The notes: a model not told the origin generated them from the sequence alone. DNA of 64,000 bases from Amphiscolops sp. MND2022 (GCA_964187785.1 OZ076409.1:79610001-79674000); one strand, 5' to 3'. Shown: positions 37,724 through 49,886, numbered from the stretch's first letter. Program-made: numbers and translations.

Positions 37724-39790
37724 CTACGGAAAGCTAGCGACGCTTGCAATAGATACGTAAACGCGATCGTGAAGAACGACGGTCAGGGGCGTGTCAGCGA
37801 ATACGTCCATCAAACAGGTATAAAAGTCGAAAAGATTACGTATTGGGCGCTCAGGATCAATGATGGCAAAGTGTACTTCTATCGCCTCTAAGCGCTCGAG
37901 TAACGTTTTCAAATGATCAAGACATCCAAAGAGAATATCAGCGAGCATAGGGCAGCGAGGTCTAGCTCGTGTGATTAAAAGGTGGATAGTCTGAGGTTGG
38001 CCGTCTATCAAAGATGTGGGTAGCGTCACAATATTGCCAACCTCCGGTCGAAGTTGAAAGATTGCATCTGCACCATGCTCACGAATGACGTAACGAAGAG
38101 CGGCAGAATTAGTCTCTAGGTTTGCGGGACAACATAAAACAATGTGATGGGGAGTCTGCAGGAAGTCCGTATTGGCATACTGCACATAGTCAACCAATTG
38201 AGGTCTCACGGCTCCATGGTATACTAACTCTCGTCCGGGGTCTTTGGAGAGAGCATCGTCACATGTGTTCGGAAGGAGGCCTTTAATGGCGCCCAAGTCT
38301 TGCCACACAGATCGCGGCAACGATTGATTATCAATGTTAGCCCTGGACCATGTATCCAGTGCGTGCAGGGCTGATTGGAGTGATACAGGACTAGGAAATG
38401 AGTGTGTCCATTCGTCCAGGAATCGGATTCGTGAAAAGTTCGATAAGACTGCTATGATAAGTTCCAGCCACCATTCAAACTTAATTTTACCACGATATAG
38501 GTCTATGGTGTGGAAACAAGTGATTCTATCAGGAGAGGCCATCGTCCGCAAACTCTCCAGACAGGTGTTCAAGGTAGTGGGATAAACCAGGTCGGATACT
38601 TGTTTGGCCGTAATTAGTAGCCACCAGTTGCTTGTAGGCTGATAAACGTCTCCTGGTTTTGCGGTGACGTTATACTTGTCATATAAGAGGTCAGCAGGAA
38701 TACAGCGTACCATTTGGATAGGCTCTCGTTCATAGTTGAAAGGACCAAAAGCAATATTTGTAGGCAAAGGGGGAACAGTGATAGGTAAAGTGAATTCCAA
38801 ACCAATAAGATCATAGGTCCACTCCTTGAACCTTGGGCACGGGGCCTTTGCTATCGTAGAATCTTTCATTTTGGATAGGATATAGTCCACGGTATATGGA
38901 GTGTCGCTGCGTTGTAGCCCAGTATAAGTCTTCTCGGCTCGAATAACCAAACGGTCAACCGTGCCGCTTGGAAGCGATTTCTCTTGTTCACGTGCTAGCA
39001 GGACTCCCTGGGTTTAATTGGGAAGCCCGCGTGGACCATGTAGTTACATTCGCAGTCTCGTAGGCCACATGTTCCGCAACGATATCTGGGAATACGATTG
39101 CGTCGCAGTCAATAGCGAGCGTTGGTTGATTCTGACGGTGCTGCTTGATCTGAGGTAACCGCTGCGCTAGGGGCAGAAGAGTCAGTGTCCACAGATGGAG
39201 TGCGACGAACACGGGTAGAGATGTTAGGTCTGGCGTGTGTTGTACGAGGAGGTCTTCCTCTGGGACGGCCTCTTTTGCGAGCGCCTCTAATAGCACCTCT
39301 CTGTTGGTGGCCACGTGGCAGCGAGGCTCGCGGCCTCGCTCTGCCTGGCGGACGTCCCTGCGGTCCATGCCCTCTAGGAGCATTGGAGAGTTTCGTGGTA
39401 GTAGCTGCGTTGTTGTTGGTGGGAACTGTCGCAGGGGGAATAGATCCCTTTTCGTCATTGGTCATTGGTGTTTCAGCACCGTTGTCGTCTAAGGTTGGGT
39501 TGAGAACATTGTCATCGATTAGGGGCCAAATGGGAAAGTTACTCAACATATCCGTAAGAGATGGATTTGTCAATAATGGGGCGGATGTACCGGTCAGAGA
39601 GGTGCCGGCACTTTCGGTGGGTGCGTGGATAGTAGGATTCGGGGCCATGTCCAAGACGTCGGGCACTGCTTCATTCTCTGAGAATAGAGCCTCCATAGCA
39701 GGCAGTGGTGATATTGGTATTTCGGGAATAGGCGCAGGTTCATCCACATGTGATGACAAGATAGCACTCTCATCGGGATTAGCCTGAACA
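37724..39790 (-). pseudogene. C-terminal extension of Gypsy Pol: low-complexity linker, AT-hook, CxxC-x4-CxC motif, two OARD1/TARG1 (Poa1p)-like macrodomains
   Basis: Joined to integrase via a frameshift at ~39790, a TGA at 39111 and a frameshift at ~39005. Motifs RKRGRPRGRPPR and CGTCGLRDCEC. Two repeats align by eye to the OARD1 fold. Confidence 0.72.
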
Positions 39791-42700
39791 CTCGACAGGA
39801 GTAATATCAGAACGTTCGTCGTCAGACTCAGTCGAAGAATAGTCAAATTTTTGATAATGTAGGCGGCTGCCACCTGCGCGCATGCGTGTGCGCAACCGTG
39901 TGTCCATCCAATGTCTTTGTCGAGAAGGCAAAGAGGCATTACTGGCTTCTGAAATTGGTTCCTCCGCACGATAAGAAGGTTGCGAAGCATCGTCTCTCAC
40001 TTCATCGTGGGATTGTTCTGGATCAGGGTCCATGATGATAGCAACCTCGCCGTTATGCGCAGGAACAGCTGCCCATTCTGTTGGACCACCACGGTGCGGT
40101 TTCAATCGTTCGAAATGTACTTTCTGACCAGTGTCAAGTATGTAGACGCGTCCCTCTTGTAGTACTCGTGCTACTTTGTGAGGACCACGCCATGCTCTCA
40201 TCAATTTAGGAGATCCTTTTTGGGGAATGTATCGGCAGAATACCCAAACAGGTTCGCCCACTTCATAGGCTTTAGCACGAATTGCTCGGTCGTACTTCAA
40301 CTTTTGTCGCTGCTGGGCTTGATGCGTGTTACGACGGACTAAGTCATGAATCTCTTGCTGTCGAGCCAGCACATGTTCCACATAGGCTTCGTGTGATTCG
40401 AATGACTGAGTTGCAAATTCGGGATACAAGAAAGTCAGGGGTATAGCTTTTTCCATGCCTCTGGTCAGCATATACGGGGAGAACCCAGTAGTGGCATGAC
40501 ATGTGGTGTTGTATGCACCCATGACTTCATCTAAATACTGGTCCCAATCACGCATTCGTCTAGAGCAGAATACACGCAGTAGGGTGAGTAACGTTCGGTT
40601 TTGTCGCTCTACCAACCCTTGAGTCCTGGGGTGGCCAGCAGTTGAGGTTACTTTGGTCACTTGGGCGGCTTTCATAAACTCAGCAGATACTGCCGCGGTG
40701 AAGTTGGGAGCATTGTCTGACTGCATTCTCGTCGGCGTTCCATGGCGGGCAAACCATTTCTGCAACAACAATTTTGAAGTGGTCGCTGCATCATACTCAT
40801 CGTAGTTGCACGGTACAGCTTCTGCGAGCTTAGAGAAATGATCGATAATAACCAAGATCCCTGTGTTACCATCATCAGAGGGACAAATTTTCATGTGGTC
40901 ATATTGGACTAGCTCGTTAAAATAGCCGCTTTGGATATTTTTCAAGTGAAAGCGTACATCACCAGGCTTGTCACGTACTTGTTGACAAGTGATACATTGG
41001 CTGACGTATTGTCCAATGGTGCGGCGGATGCCTGGCCAAGTGTGGCGCTCTTGAATTCTGGCCAAGACTTTCGCGATGCCCTGATGTCCCATCGCGTCGT
41101 GGGCCTTGAACAATATCTCATGCTGATACAATTGGGGCATCACTATCATGCAGGGGCGTTCATGCAAAGCTCTTTGACTTTTGGAGTACTTTACACACAA
41201 AACCCCGTTGGCGTTTACCAGTAGGAGGTTCTTCTTCTGTTTGTGGTAGTTTTTGGCAAAGGCACGTACATTTTCCGGAAAGATGTCATGATCTATTGAT
41301 TCTTGCATTACCAATTTCTTGATAGCCAAGACGTGGACGTCACGGTTTTGTGCTAGTAGTAGATCTTTCAACCCATGGACTGTGTTAGCATGTTCATGCA
41401 ATTCCATCGATATGCTGTTTACCACAAACGCGGCTTGTTTTACGTGCTCTGGTGCAGTGCTAGTTGCTTGCTTTTCCGTCAGTGGATAAGTGGTTCTTGA
41501 TGGTACGTTAGCAGCATGCGTGGGGAGCAAATAGTCTCGTTGATATTCCTCGGTCAGTTCCAACCAATCCTCAGGATACTCTGGATAAAGTTCGGCAGGC
41601 AGTGCCAATTCTGGTTTTGGCAATGTAGGTAGGGGCGCTCTCATGGCTTCGTCGCGCATGATCGCACTTCGTTTGCTTTGTCCGCTCCTTCGCGTGGGAG
41701 CGGCAACTGTGGTTTCGGGTGAACTTTGGCTAGCCAACCTCTGCAAGTGTGCAGGCAATTCTGGGTGATTTGGTATCACACGTCCGTGGACATCAAACCA
41801 TGGGGCTAGCGGGAGTTTGTTGTATTCCTCTTGTGATAGGAAATCCCATTTGTCTGCAATTGCGGGTAAACCCTTTAATTGCTTTTCGTGTTTTTTGTAA
41901 TCATTTGTTCGTTTGCTAAGACCATCAGCATTGCGATGTTGCGTTCTGGGTCGGTGCTCAATACCGAAGTGATATTTTTCAAGAGCCATAATCCATCGAC
42001 CGATAATCGCCTGATCCATCGAATATGTCTTTAGCCAGGATAGGGCCTGATTGTCGACCCTCAGTGTGAATTTTCGTGGACAGAGATAGCTGTGGTTTTT
42101 CAAGATGAAATAGTATGCAGCGTACATTTCCAGTTTTGGGGCTCCATACTTTGCTTGCGTAGAGGTTAACTTTTTGCTTCCGAATACAATCGGTCGCAAT
42201 TTGCGACTCTCAGGTGGTCCTTGCCATTGGTGAAGAATACCTGATATAGCTACACCACTAGCATCGGTGTCAAGAACAAATTCGCTTTCAGTGTCGGGTT
42301 GCGCCAGAGCAGTGGCTTCCATTAGTGCCACTTTGATGCTGTTAAAGGCTCGCTGCTGCTCCTCCCCCCATAAAAATGAAGAGCCTGCGCCCGTCATCGC
42401 ATGTAAAGGGGCAACTAGCTTTGCATGCCATGGGATAAAATCCCGATAGTAGTTGGCAAAACCCAAGAAACTTTGCAATTCAGTTTTGGTTCGCGGGATA
42501 TCCCAATCTTTCAGCTTGGCGACAGCTTTTGGATCTGGCTTGATACCATCTGCGGATACAACTCGGCCCAAATATTTGATCTCCGATTTCATAAAATCAC
42601 ACTTGGAGACTCTCATTTTGAAGCCGGCCTCACGCAGGCATTGGAATACTTCGCGTAGTCTATCCATGTGATCCTCGATGGTCTCGGTAGCAATCACAAT

Positions 42701-43531
42701 GTCATCGATATAGGCCATAACCATGCTTCCTTCGCGGTTCACTATTCTTTGTAGCGCTCGCGCTATTGCCCGTTGAAATGTTGCTGATGCGTTACACATA
42801 CCAAAAGGCATACGCCGCCACTCAAATAACCCAAGTTCACAAGCGAAGGCAGTCTTTTGACGATCGGCTTTTCGGACAGGAATTTGCCAGAATGCCCATG
42901 CCAAGTCAATACTAGTATAGATTTTGGCTTTGCCCAATCGGGATAGACTCTCATCGATACGTGGCAAGGGATAAGCGTCTTTGATGGTCACTTCATTAAG
43001 TGGTCGAAAGTCACAACAGAATCGCAATTCACCACTCTTCTTTTTGACCATAACAATTCCACTCGCCCAAGGGGATAGGGAAGGTTGTATCAATCCCAAA
43101 GCTAGCAAGTCACGGACTTCTTGGTTAGCACGTTCTGCCTTGTCAGGCGACATTCGTCTTGCACCTTCGCGGTGGGGTATAGCCCCTGGCTCTACTTCCA
43201 CCGGGTGCTTAGCGATTTTACATTTGCCAATGTCGGCTTTGAATTTCATAAACAAATCATCAAATTCGTTCAAAAGTTTACTAAGCGTGTCGCTGGCGGT
43301 CGATCCCCACAAACCGCGCACCTCGTCGAGTTGTGCTTCCGGGCCCGGTATCGGAGCCATTAGCGCCGGATCGGTTCGTTTTTTTATTTCGCGCTCGGAC
43401 AAGCCTAGTTCTGACGGTTCGGTAGAGGACAAAAACTCAAATTCAGATGAAGAACTATATTCAGAAGAAGAATCAAGGTTCATCTGTTCGTAAACTTTAC
43501 AAACATAATTTGCATTTGACTGCAGTTTCAC
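39779..43531 (-). CDS. Gypsy Pol core: reverse transcriptase, RNase H, integrase
   Basis: Motifs SPWASGIV, RFCCDFRPLN, MPFGMCNA, YIDDIVI, FLGFANYYR, DTDAS, VDNQAL, NADGLS, the HHCC zinc finger, QYDH..SDNA..GLVERQNRTL and WRGPH. Confidence 0.95.
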   Translation of the reverse strand: MKLQSNANYVCKVYEQMNLDSSSEYSSSSEFEFLSSTEPSELGLSEREIKKRTDPALMAPIPGPEAQLDEVRGLWGSTASDTLSKLLNEFDDLFMKFKADIGKCKIAKHPVEVEPGAIPHREGARRMSPDKAERANQEVRDLLALGLIQPSLSPWASGIVMVKKKSGELRFCCDFRPLNEVTIKDAYPLPRIDESLSRLGKAKIYTSIDLAWAFWQIPVRKADRQKTAFACELGLFEWRRMPFGMCNASATFQRAIARALQRIVNREGSMVMAYIDDIVIATETIEDHMDRLREVFQCLREAGFKMRVSKCDFMKSEIKYLGRVVSADGIKPDPKAVAKLKDWDIPRTKTELQSFLGFANYYRDFIPWHAKLVAPLHAMTGAGSSFLWGEEQQRAFNSIKVALMEATALAQPDTESEFVLDTDASGVAISGILHQWQGPPESRKLRPIVFGSKKLTSTQAKYGAPKLEMYAAYYFILKNHSYLCPRKFTLRVDNQALSWLKTYSMDQAIIGRWIMALEKYHFGIEHRPRTQHRNADGLSKRTNDYKKHEKQLKGLPAIADKWDFLSQEEYNKLPLAPWFDVHGRVIPNHPELPAHLQRLASQSSPETTVAAPTRRSGQSKRSAIMRDEAMRAPLPTLPKPELALPAELYPEYPEDWLELTEEYQRDYLLPTHAANVPSRTTYPLTEKQATSTAPEHVKQAAFVVNSISMELHEHANTVHGLKDLLLAQNRDVHVLAIKKLVMQESIDHDIFPENVRAFAKNYHKQKKNLLLVNANGVLCVKYSKSQRALHERPCMIVMPQLYQHEILFKAHDAMGHQGIAKVLARIQERHTWPGIRRTIGQYVSQCITCQQVRDKPGDVRFHLKNIQSGYFNELVQYDHMKICPSDDGNTGILVIIDHFSKLAEAVPCNYDEYDAATTSKLLLQKWFARHGTPTRMQSDNAPNFTAAVSAEFMKAAQVTKVTSTAGHPRTQGLVERQNRTLLTLLRVFCSRRMRDWDQYLDEVMGAYNTTCHATTGFSPYMLTRGMEKAIPLTFLYPEFATQSFESHEAYVEHVLARQQEIHDLVRRNTHQAQQRQKLKYDRAIRAKAYEVGEPVWVFCRYIPQKGSPKLMRAWRGPHKVARVLQEGRVYILDTGQKVHFERLKPHRGGPTEWAAVPAHNGEVAIIMDPDPEQSHDEVRDDASQPSYRAEEPISEASNASLPSRQRHWMDTRLRTRMRAGGSRLHYQKFDYSSTESDDERSDITPVECSG

Positions 43532-46500
43532 TTGATTGTCCGGGGAAAATTTGGGGGATGGCTTTATGAATCATCGTCACGGGTACCGCGGTTCCCAAAA
43601 GGGTGCCCTTTTTGATCCGCTGTACGTTGCTGGTGAGATTTCCTAAACTGACGTAAAGGAAGCCAGTTTCCCCCACGGTCGCCACGGTGTCCTCTAAAAA
43701 GATGGCGTTTTTTAACATTCGGTTAGGTGTTTGAAAATTGATTAGCACGGTTCGAAACATGAAAGGTTCTAAGTTGTCTACAAGCAATCTAGCGCGTAGT
43801 ATCGCGCGTTCAAAAGGTTGCAACACTACGTCCTGTGCAATCGCTACCGACGAATTGAGCGATTCGTTACTTACTTGCGTGTGGGCATGGTACCACACCG
43901 GTTCGGAGGGAGCTCGGACAATGACCTTCATCGCGGTTAGATCTACCAAGACTTGATAAGCTCTTAGGAAGTTTCTGCCCAGGAGGAAGTCTTCCACTCC
44001 CATAGCGTCATCAACTACCACGAAGTTAGTTTCTAATTCATAGCCTCCCAATTGGAATTTGACTTTCTCCGCTAGACCAAAAGTTTAGATCGTTTTCCCA
44101 TTCGCGGCATATAAGTCAATACCATAAGGTCGTAAGAGTGTGCCAGTGCGCACGGCGACTCGATTGTAGGCTGAGAAGGTGAGGATGGATACTCCTGATC
44201 CAGTGTCTATTAGACCACGTAATGGCACGGGAGCAGCATCGGGAACCACGAATGAAACCACGAGCGACGCACGCTCATCGATTCTCGCTTCACCAATTGG
44301 TTCTTGAGCATCAATGTTATAGCAGCGCAGCTCTTGCGGTCCCAAGCAGATTCCAGGAGGAAACGCGTCAGTAATAATAGTGGCGCCAAAACGCATGTCA
44401 ACACCATCTATGCAGACGTTGACTGGAATCGGAGAATAGGCATGATACGTCGAAGTGACACCTTTCACTTGCCACTCTTCCGGTTGGGGCAGAGTCAATT
44501 GCCGGCAATTCTCGTTTGCGGTTATCTCTTCTATCAGAGCGTCTATGGTGAGTTCTGGGCGGGTTTCTCTCTCAACCGCCAACAGTAGTCGGGCAGACAT
44601 GATAGTGCGTCCCGAGGGATCAAAAGTAGTTGGCTCTGGGTTCGTCTGGATTTGGATTTTGCCACATGTGACGGTAAGGGGCGTCGCCACGTGAGCGGCT
44701 TCAGCAGGGCGTAGCATGAGTACCATTTCACTGTCACTCATTGTTTGAGAAGCAGATGGCTGTTCAGCCCAGAGGCTGTAGGCCAAATCCTCATGTACTG
44801 GAACATTTTGGCATTGTGATGCAGAGTGTTCGGTCATGCCACAGTTAACACAGAATACGGGGCCAGAACATGCAGAGGCCACATTGTTCTCACACAGGTT
44901 CACTCGCTCTTCGGGTGCAGCGCGAGCCGCGGGTTTCCTTGCTAGGTCTCGATTTGAGCATTCCCTCGCAAAGTGACCTGGTAGTCCACAGTTGAAGCAT
45001 GCTCCTTGGGGAATCACTCTCGCTGGTTGCTGCTGTGCAGGAGCCTGTTTTACCGATGCAGGGCCTGGTGGGGCCATCTGGGGCTTTGCCTCTCGCTGTC
45101 CTTGGTTTGGAGGTAGCACGTTTTGTGGTAGGCCTGGTGCCGGGTGAACCAATTTCCCTGGCACGAAAGGGTGAGGCCTCGATCTCATTGCATACCTTGG
45201 GTCGTAAGGTTTTGACGTGTTTGGGCGATGCCGTTGCAATTGTCTCGTGGTGAATCTCAGGGATTCTACAGTTGGTGGCTCAGTCAAATACGTCTCCGCA
45301 GCGTACACCACGGCCAACTCTTGTCGCAGCGTCGGGTCATTGACGCCATCTATAAAACGTTGCAGGATCTCATAACGACGTGTAGTGATAGGCTCGTCTG
45401 GGAAACCTTGGGTGCGCAGACCTTCCAATGCGTCCAAGAATTGCATCCAATCCTCTTTTTCCTGTTGGACACGAGACATGAAGGTTAGCCTGACGTGCAT
45501 GCGGTTTCCACCGGTTCCAAACCTGCTGGCCAAGAGAGAGAATACCTTGTCGGGCTCGTCTCGTTCAGGTTCAGATTTGTTGATTATATAATTTCTCGCC
45601 TCCCCTTCCAGGTGGTCGATGATAGCCCAGGCTCTGTCGATCTTTGGAGATTTTGCATGCACCCTTTCTAGAAATCGCTTCATCACTGGGAGCCATCCAT
45701 CGACAGAACCATCTTTAGTGCCTTTGTATACCGTAGGGCGGACCCTAGTTTGATCTCGATTAGCAATCAGCGGCGCCAGTTCCTTGGACATGGCCTTGGA
45801 TATTGCCTCGGTAAACCTGAGTTGCTCCGGTGATATAGGCGCTTCTTCAGTGATAGCTGGTGGCGGGATACTGCTGCCTCGCGTTGAGTTGACAGAGTCA
45901 TCGGTGTTCTCGGGGAGAGTCACTTCTCGGCGTCGAGTGCTGCTGGCGCATGGGTTGCCCGGGGGCAATTCGTCGTTCGCGGTTTGGAATTCTGCAGCTG
46001 ATTCTCCCAAAGTTGCATTTGCTGTTTGGAAGGTGCTGGTGACTTCAGTTAGCTCGTTTGTGCGTGTGGGCTCTCGCAGGCCGGTGATACCCATGCTTGA
46101 AGTGTCGATAGTTATCACCTCGCACGTTGGTTCTTTCTTGTGAGTTTTGGTCGTGGGTGGAATATATTTTGTTGATACCACAGACGGGATAAATTTCGTC
46201 GAGGTTGATGCGGCCTCTCCATTTGAGACCAGAGTTTGTGGCAAAGGCGCGTACCTGGCCAAGTGCTGTTTAGAGCCAGATGGGTTTGTTGCAGTCGTCA
46301 CACTCTTTTTTGGCTTGAGGGAGACGCTTTTCATGGGTTTTGGCAGTGACACATCAGTGTCTTGCAGCAACTCTTTGATAGTGTTGCTTGCTGGTGCGGG
46401 TCGAGGTTGGATATTTTTCAACATGGTGCCCATTGCTTGTATCTGTGAACATACCTCTTGCAATTGAGCTTCCATGCGCACCTCTCTTTCGGTCACCATG

Positions 46501-47417
46501 TCCTTCATTTCGGCCATTCGATAACCCATGGCATCCATTCGGGCGGCCTGAATTTCATGTCCTTGCGCTTGTCGCTCAGTTGATGTTCGCAGTTCAGTTT
46601 GCACGGCTTCTATTTCCTCCATTATTGATTGGTGCTCTCTATCGCACCTTGCCTTGCGCTCAGACAGTTGTGAAGCAGCTTGCTTCACGCCTATCTGAGC
46701 ATCTAATAGAGCTTTGCGCGCTTTCGCTGCTTCATGTACGGCTCGATATGCCGAAGATCGGGCAGATGCAGCTTTTGATGAGGGTGAGGATGAGCGCGAG
46801 TCGCCATGAGGTCCTGTAGTGCCAGTCTGTGCTAGTAGAGCTGGAGGCCGTACTTGCTTACCCTTCCCAGATGCTCAGGGAGCCGTAGCTTCTTGAAGAC
46901 GTGCCCTGGCATAATTCATACCCCCGACATACGACATTTGTTGCAATATCTCTGCTGTGTTCGCAGTGCTCTCGCTTGCCATGCTGGGAGCCTTGAGTTG
47001 TCCAGTGGCATTCAAGCAACTCATTTCAGCTTCTTCCTCAGCGTTTGTCCTGTTGGAGTTGGGCCATGTTCCTGCTTCGTCAGTACCGAAAGGTGTGACG
47101 GCTACTTTGGTCAGTTCTTGTAACCATTTGGACGTGTGCGCCTGACTTCCTGTTTCGTCGGCTGAACCTCCGATATCATCGGTAGTCCTGGCGATCGGCT
47201 TGGCCTGATACTTCTCCGATGCGTCGTCTGACATAGGGTCTGAAAAATCGGGTTCCATAACGAAACTGTCATCAGTTGGCCAATCTTCCTCCCTGGGGTC
47301 TGAGGTTAGGTCTGATATTGCACTGAGATTTGTCTCTCACCCCGTTGGGTCTGGTGTTTTCGATGCTTCAGCGCGTCGCAACGGGTCCTTCCTCCCCCTT
47401 TTGAAAGATTAGAGCAT
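43497..47417 (-). pseudogene. Gypsy Gag-protease (coiled coil, capsid-like region, two CCHC knuckles, protease, dUTPase-like domain) with in-frame stops
   Basis: One frame from ATG 47417 with stops at 47411, 47339, 46877 and 44087. Motifs YKG..DG.VDGWL, CFNCGLPGHFAREC, CVNCGMTEHSASQC and LIDTGSGVSIL...FLLGRNFL. Frameshift to the RT frame near 43530. Confidence 0.88.
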
Positions 47418-49852
47418 CGCCGGGTGTTCGTGCGGCTTAATGTTCTCGTTATAGAATTCCAAAGGTTACGCAAACTGTTAGTCTTCATGATTTCACACGT
47501 CTCGAAAAAGTCAAAAATCGATCTAGGGGTCGTACCGGCGTGAAACTTACACAGCGCGTTGATACCGTGGTGTGGGGCCGGAAACCGTGCGTTTGGGGCT
47601 TGCGGAACAGCTAATTCGCAAACAATCGAGTTTTTAGACAATTTTTGAGTTTTTCAGATTTCTTTATAAATGACTAAGATGCCTCGAGCGCAACGTCTAA
47701 TCGTCGGAGACACTTGAAAATTGGCCACCTGACCTTGTGGTAGGTGTACTACACGATAGCAAAATCAAATCTAAGCTAAGGTTCTTATTTCAAGATTCAG
47801 GCTGATTCGGACGTTCGGTACCCTTAGTCACCAAGATACATCAATTTTCATGCTTATTTCAAGATTGTGCTTTACTGAAAAAAAGCTAGCGGGCTCAAAA
47901 TTTGCAAAACAACGTAGTATCTGGTACAAATGATAGAAATGAACGGCAATTCAACCTCGTTTTTTAATTAAGGTACTCGGATCACTCAGGAAAAAATTGA
48001 AAAATTACCCTCTAGGCCCAACTTTTTGAGTGGTACGTTTTTCTATTTTCTCACCAAGTACCGGTTGGATTGACACGAAACTTTGTAGCTACAGTCGATG
48101 AGCGTGCCCAATGCCGGTGAAACCATCAAATGAAAGCGCGGACGCTTATTTGAGGTTCCGACCTTACTTGGACAACACTTATGAAAAAAACACAATTTTG
48201 GACTACTTTTTTCACAAATTGGCTAAGAGGGTCACCTCAAAAAGTGGTAGGGCTGAAAAAAATGGGACCTACGTGTTGCCCCACTACTCGTAGTACTAGG
48301 ATAAACCCTCGATTAGGTGTGCCCGTTAAACACGAGGCACCGACAGTCCGTCAGTTTTGGAATATTTCGGCAGTTTTACAGTCCCCTGAAGTTGAAACGT
48401 TAGAGAACTTTTTTCGACTTTGGTGAAAGTTACGTCCACCAAATTTTCGGCACTAGCGTTATTTTTAGTGGTGGTTATGAAAATGCAACCACCTTTTGGC
48501 TAAGGTCCAAGAATCAATGACCCGACCTCAGAGATAGCTCAGAGATAGTCCGGATTTTAGGAAAATGGAAGTTTTTCAGTGCATTTTTCTACTTTTCTCA
48601 GCACTGAAAAGGAATTTTGGGATGCGGTCTTCACTGTAGATCGTTAAATTTACTGAATAAACTGAAAATAATAGCCCGGGGGCTGCTCTAAGCGTAAAAG
48701 TGTTCGTCAATAGTCAAATTGGGTTTCTTCTAAGAGTACTATAGAAAAACCTCAAAATCACAGTTCTCGTAACTTTTTTCAAGAAGTAGTGGTTATAATT
48801 ACCAAAATGGGTATTGTTGGGTACCGGCAGGTGTACCCCAACCTAATTGCAACCATACGGGGGTGTTTAAAAGCTTCTATACAAGTTCCCCCACAAATTC
48901 AAAGTGCTAAAAATGTTCAGTCTTCCAAAAACGGGGTTTTTTCCTCACAAAATTTATACTAAGTGCCTTTTCGGGCAACTTTGAGCAGTTCGTCGCGTTT
49001 TTTGCGAACTCATTAGAGTCCTGAGCTACTTTTATTTAATTTCTGCAGGTGTGTGGCTAGCACCAAGAGCGCTCGCGCTCATGTAGGTGTTTCGCCTCAA
49101 AATGGCCAAATTTGGCACTTTTCGTCGAAAATACGTGAAAAAACGCACTTTTTTCGCACAAAACAGGTGCAAAAGCACACACATAGTTACAGAAGGCTCG
49201 TAAAAACATTGGCAAGTGGTCGTACACAAAATTTTGAGCAACCCAAAAAATTTTTTCAACCTGACTCAAAAATATTATACAACCCGGACTGACGAGTCGT
49301 GTCTTCTCGTTCTTTTTGCTCATCACCCAGAACAGCTAGAGACAAACGGGTTGCACCGTTAGACACGTCAGCATTTGTAGTACGTCTCCACCAAATTTCA
49401 TTCCTCTAGGTTGCCTGTACGAGAAATGTGATCGGTGAGTCGTAAAACTCGTTTCGGCAGATTGTAAGATTCGTCTGAGCAAGGATCGTCCTCTTCTCAA
49501 CACTCACTTCATTGGTCATAAAAAGCTGAAAAAGGCTAGAAAACACCTGCTAACACTTCTAGCAGCCTTCCAACGGCTTGCTAGACCAATTTTATGAGTG
49601 ACCCGTTAAGAGGGTAGGCTATTTCGATCGTTACCTGTCAACTACTGAAAAAGCATGAAAATCACAACATACAGCGCTTTTTTACAAGATTTACCTTTAT
49701 CCACCGGGCTTGAAGTCTTCAATAACACACACAGGGTAAAAACGTGGAAAAACTCTGCTTCTCTCTTCTTTCCATCAGAGTCGGGTCGTACTTGGCGTCA
49801 ATCACCAGAGGGTCGGCTATTTTAAAACCATTAAGGGAAGCACTTCGAAGCG

Positions 49853-49870
49853 ATCCCTCTGTGGTCGCCA
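49853..49870 (-). promoter_or_regulatory. Primer-binding site of Gypsy element (tRNA-Arg-like)
   Basis: The 18-nt TGGCGACCACAGAGGGAT resembles the complement of the 3' end of eukaryotic tRNA-Arg(UCG) (..ATCCCT..GTGGTCGCCA). Confidence 0.7.
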
Positions 49871-49886
49871 TAAAATGTGTTCTCCA

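Noticed and set aside
44085..44087. Programmed gag-pol readthrough stop
   Set aside because: The TAA lies inside the protease domain, after DTG, and is one of several scattered stops, so a nonsense mutation is more likely.
33281..47145. Numerous plus-strand ORFs of 60-200 aa
   Set aside because: Antisense shadows of the GC-richer retrotransposon coding frames.
21300..47417. Stop-codon reassignment explaining the in-frame stops
   Set aside because: The three host genes have no internal stops and end normally. All three stop types, plus frameshifts, occur only in transposon ORFs.
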